A stretch of 64,000 nt of DNA, from NCBI GenBank assembly GCA_963765495.1, contig CAVXWP010000001.1, forward strand, positions 960,001 through 1,024,000. Direction: 5' to 3'. Position numbers and translations under genes: made by a program. Positions 62,361 through 64,000 of the stretch are shown piece after piece (position 1 is the stretch's first letter; each line of letters begins with the position of its first letter). The stretch comes from Blastocatellia bacterium. Its GTDB lineage: Bacteria; Acidobacteriota; Blastocatellia; UBA7656. The notes below the pieces were generated by a model that did not search any database, was not told the origin of the DNA, and worked only from the letters and a program-made list of their open reading frames with translations.

Positions 62361-63023
62361 ATGAACAAGATGAGCATGAGAGTGTTGACAGTCTTTGTGT
62401 GCCTGTTTGCCTTCTGGGCAACGCCGGCAACTGAAACGATGGTGAGGGGTGCAAAAACCAGTGCGGCAGTCGCCGCCGCGCAGAACGCGCCCGTAATAAC
62501 CGGCGCCAGTTTGAGGAACAAAAAGCTCATAATAGAGGGCAGCAATTTTGACGCGGCTCCTGTCATATTGATAAACGGCGAAAAGCAGAATACAAAAAAG
62601 AAGATCAAGAAAGTACGCACCGTGCTGATAGCCAAAAAGGGCGGCGACCAGATCGAGCAGCAGGAGCCGGTCACGCTACAGGTGCAAAACTCTGACGGCG
62701 CTATGTCGAACACCTATTCTTTCTTTCAGGGCCGCACTATATCTCAGGAAGACAACGGCAAGACGGTCGAGCTTCAGGTAGGCGAAAGGTTCCAGCTAAA
62801 GCTCGAAACCAGCGACTACTCGTGGACGGTGACCGTCGCTGATCCGGCAATCGTTCAGAAGATTGACAGCGCGCCGACTGTCCCTGATTCCGAGGGTCTG
62901 TACGAAGCTAAACAGAAAGGCCAGACCCGCCTCGATGCCATAGGCGAACTGCCCTGCCATAAATCGAATCCGCCGTGCGATGTGGCCAATCTGGGTTTTT
63001 CCGTGACCCTGGTCGTTCAGTGA
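62361..63023 (+). CDS. secreted protein with IPT-like and chagasin/I42-like domains
   Basis: Signal peptide, PVIT...LIIEGSNF, DNGKTVELQVGERFQLKL...W, FSVTLVV. Confidence 0.6.
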   Translation: MNKMSMRVLTVFVCLFAFWATPATETMVRGAKTSAAVAAAQNAPVITGASLRNKKLIIEGSNFDAAPVILINGEKQNTKKKIKKVRTVLIAKKGGDQIEQQEPVTLQVQNSDGAMSNTYSFFQGRTISQEDNGKTVELQVGERFQLKLETSDYSWTVTVADPAIVQKIDSAPTVPDSEGLYEAKQKGQTRLDAIGELPCHKSNPPCDVANLGFSVTLVVQ

Positions 63024-63106
63024 TTCGCTTTTGATCAAAAGAAGACAACTGGCCGCATGATCCATTGATCGTGCGGCCAGTCTTTTCAGATAAGATAAAG
63101 GAGACA

Positions 63107-64000
63107 ATGATGACAGCTTCTCGACAGCCGGACGTGATAGTCCACGACAAATTATTTATTAACGGTGAGTGGGTCACGCCTGCCGGTTCAGGCGTGCTCG
63201 AAGTGACCAACTCGACTACCGAAGAGGTGATGGGGCGCATACCCGAAGGCACGCCCGAAGACATCGACCGCGCCGTTTGCGCAGCCCGCGCCGCGTTCGA
63301 TTCGTGGTCCGAGACTCCCGCCTCAGAGCGCGCCGCATATCTTCAGAAGATTTCCGAAAAGCTTGCCGCCCGCCGCCCGGAGATCGCCGCGATAATCGCA
63401 AGCGAAGTAGGCATGCCGTTGCCGCTTGCGACAGCCGTGCAGGCGGGCCTCCCCGCTATGGTGATGGGATCGTTTGCCGGTCTGTTGAGCGAGTTCTCTT
63501 TCGAAGAACAGGTTGGGAATTCGCTCGTGGTGCGAGAGCCCGTAGGCGTGGTCGGATGCATAACTCCGTGGAATTATCCGCTTCATCAGGTAGTAGCCAA
63601 GATAGCGCCCGCGCTTGCCGCCGGTTGTACTGTGGTGCTGAAGCCAAGCGAAGTCGCTCCGCTCACGGCCTTCATACTGGCCGAGATTATGGACGAAGCC
63701 GGGCTGCCTTCGGGCGTCTTTAATCTTGTCACGGGACTCGGGCCTGTTGTGGGCGAAGCCCTTGCCGCGCACCCCGATGTCGATATGATTTCGTTCACAG
63801 GTTCCACGCGGGCGGGCAAGCGCGTAAGCGAACTGGCCGCGCAGACCGTGAAGCGAGTAGCTCTGGAGCTTGGCGGCAAATCGGCCAACATCATTCTTGA
63901 TGACGCCGATTTCGAAAAGGCGGTCAAGAGCGGAGTCGGCAATTGTTATTTCAACTCGGGCCAGACCTGTTCGGCGCACACTCGCATGCTTGTGCCGAAA
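63107..64000 (+). CDS. aldehyde dehydrogenase (3'-partial)
   Basis: Read manually: LFINGEW, ITPWNYP, KPSE, FTGST, LELGGKS, GQTC. Frame open to the window end. Confidence 0.95.
   Translation, partial: MMTASRQPDVIVHDKLFINGEWVTPAGSGVLEVTNSTTEEVMGRIPEGTPEDIDRAVCAARAAFDSWSETPASERAAYLQKISEKLAARRPEIAAIIASEVGMPLPLATAVQAGLPAMVMGSFAGLLSEFSFEEQVGNSLVVREPVGVVGCITPWNYPLHQVVAKIAPALAAGCTVVLKPSEVAPLTAFILAEIMDEAGLPSGVFNLVTGLGPVVGEALAAHPDVDMISFTGSTRAGKRVSELAAQTVKRVALELGGKSANIILDDADFEKAVKSGVGNCYFNSGQTCSAHTRMLVPK

Overview
Chromosomal, mostly housekeeping and envelope DNA from a GC-rich bacterium. The PadR plus duplicated orphan permease pair suggests Acidobacteriota, possibly Blastocatellia-like (inference). 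About 50 CDS: copper amine oxidase (5'-partial), DUF885 protein, serpin, two TolC/adaptor/RND operons, Zn phospholipase C, GH35-like hydrolase, a CE15-SGNH fusion, hisA/hisF, a subtilase, lysA, an OmpR-family two-component pair, ppc, ECF sigma/anti-sigma, MBL phosphodiesterase, TMTC-like TPR protein, MacB-type permeases, an acyl-CoA carboxyltransferase, a zinc-ribbon/DUF4097/SPFH cluster and an aldehyde dehydrogenase (3'-partial). I found no tRNA, rRNA, CRISPR array, transposase or integrase. The most unusual signals are non-coding. (1) Six co-oriented dispersed elements share a 44-45 bp core flanked by inverted 7-mer arrays, and other elements with different 7-mer units share this layout, one inserted in frame into hisF. 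(2) A promoter, 6-codon uORF and terminator lie upstream of an uncharacterised gene and may form an attenuator. (3) An identical promoter architecture links the two-component genes to a phosphoesterase-RND operon, separated by a probable inserted segment. All calls come from motif recognition by eye; no database searches were run.
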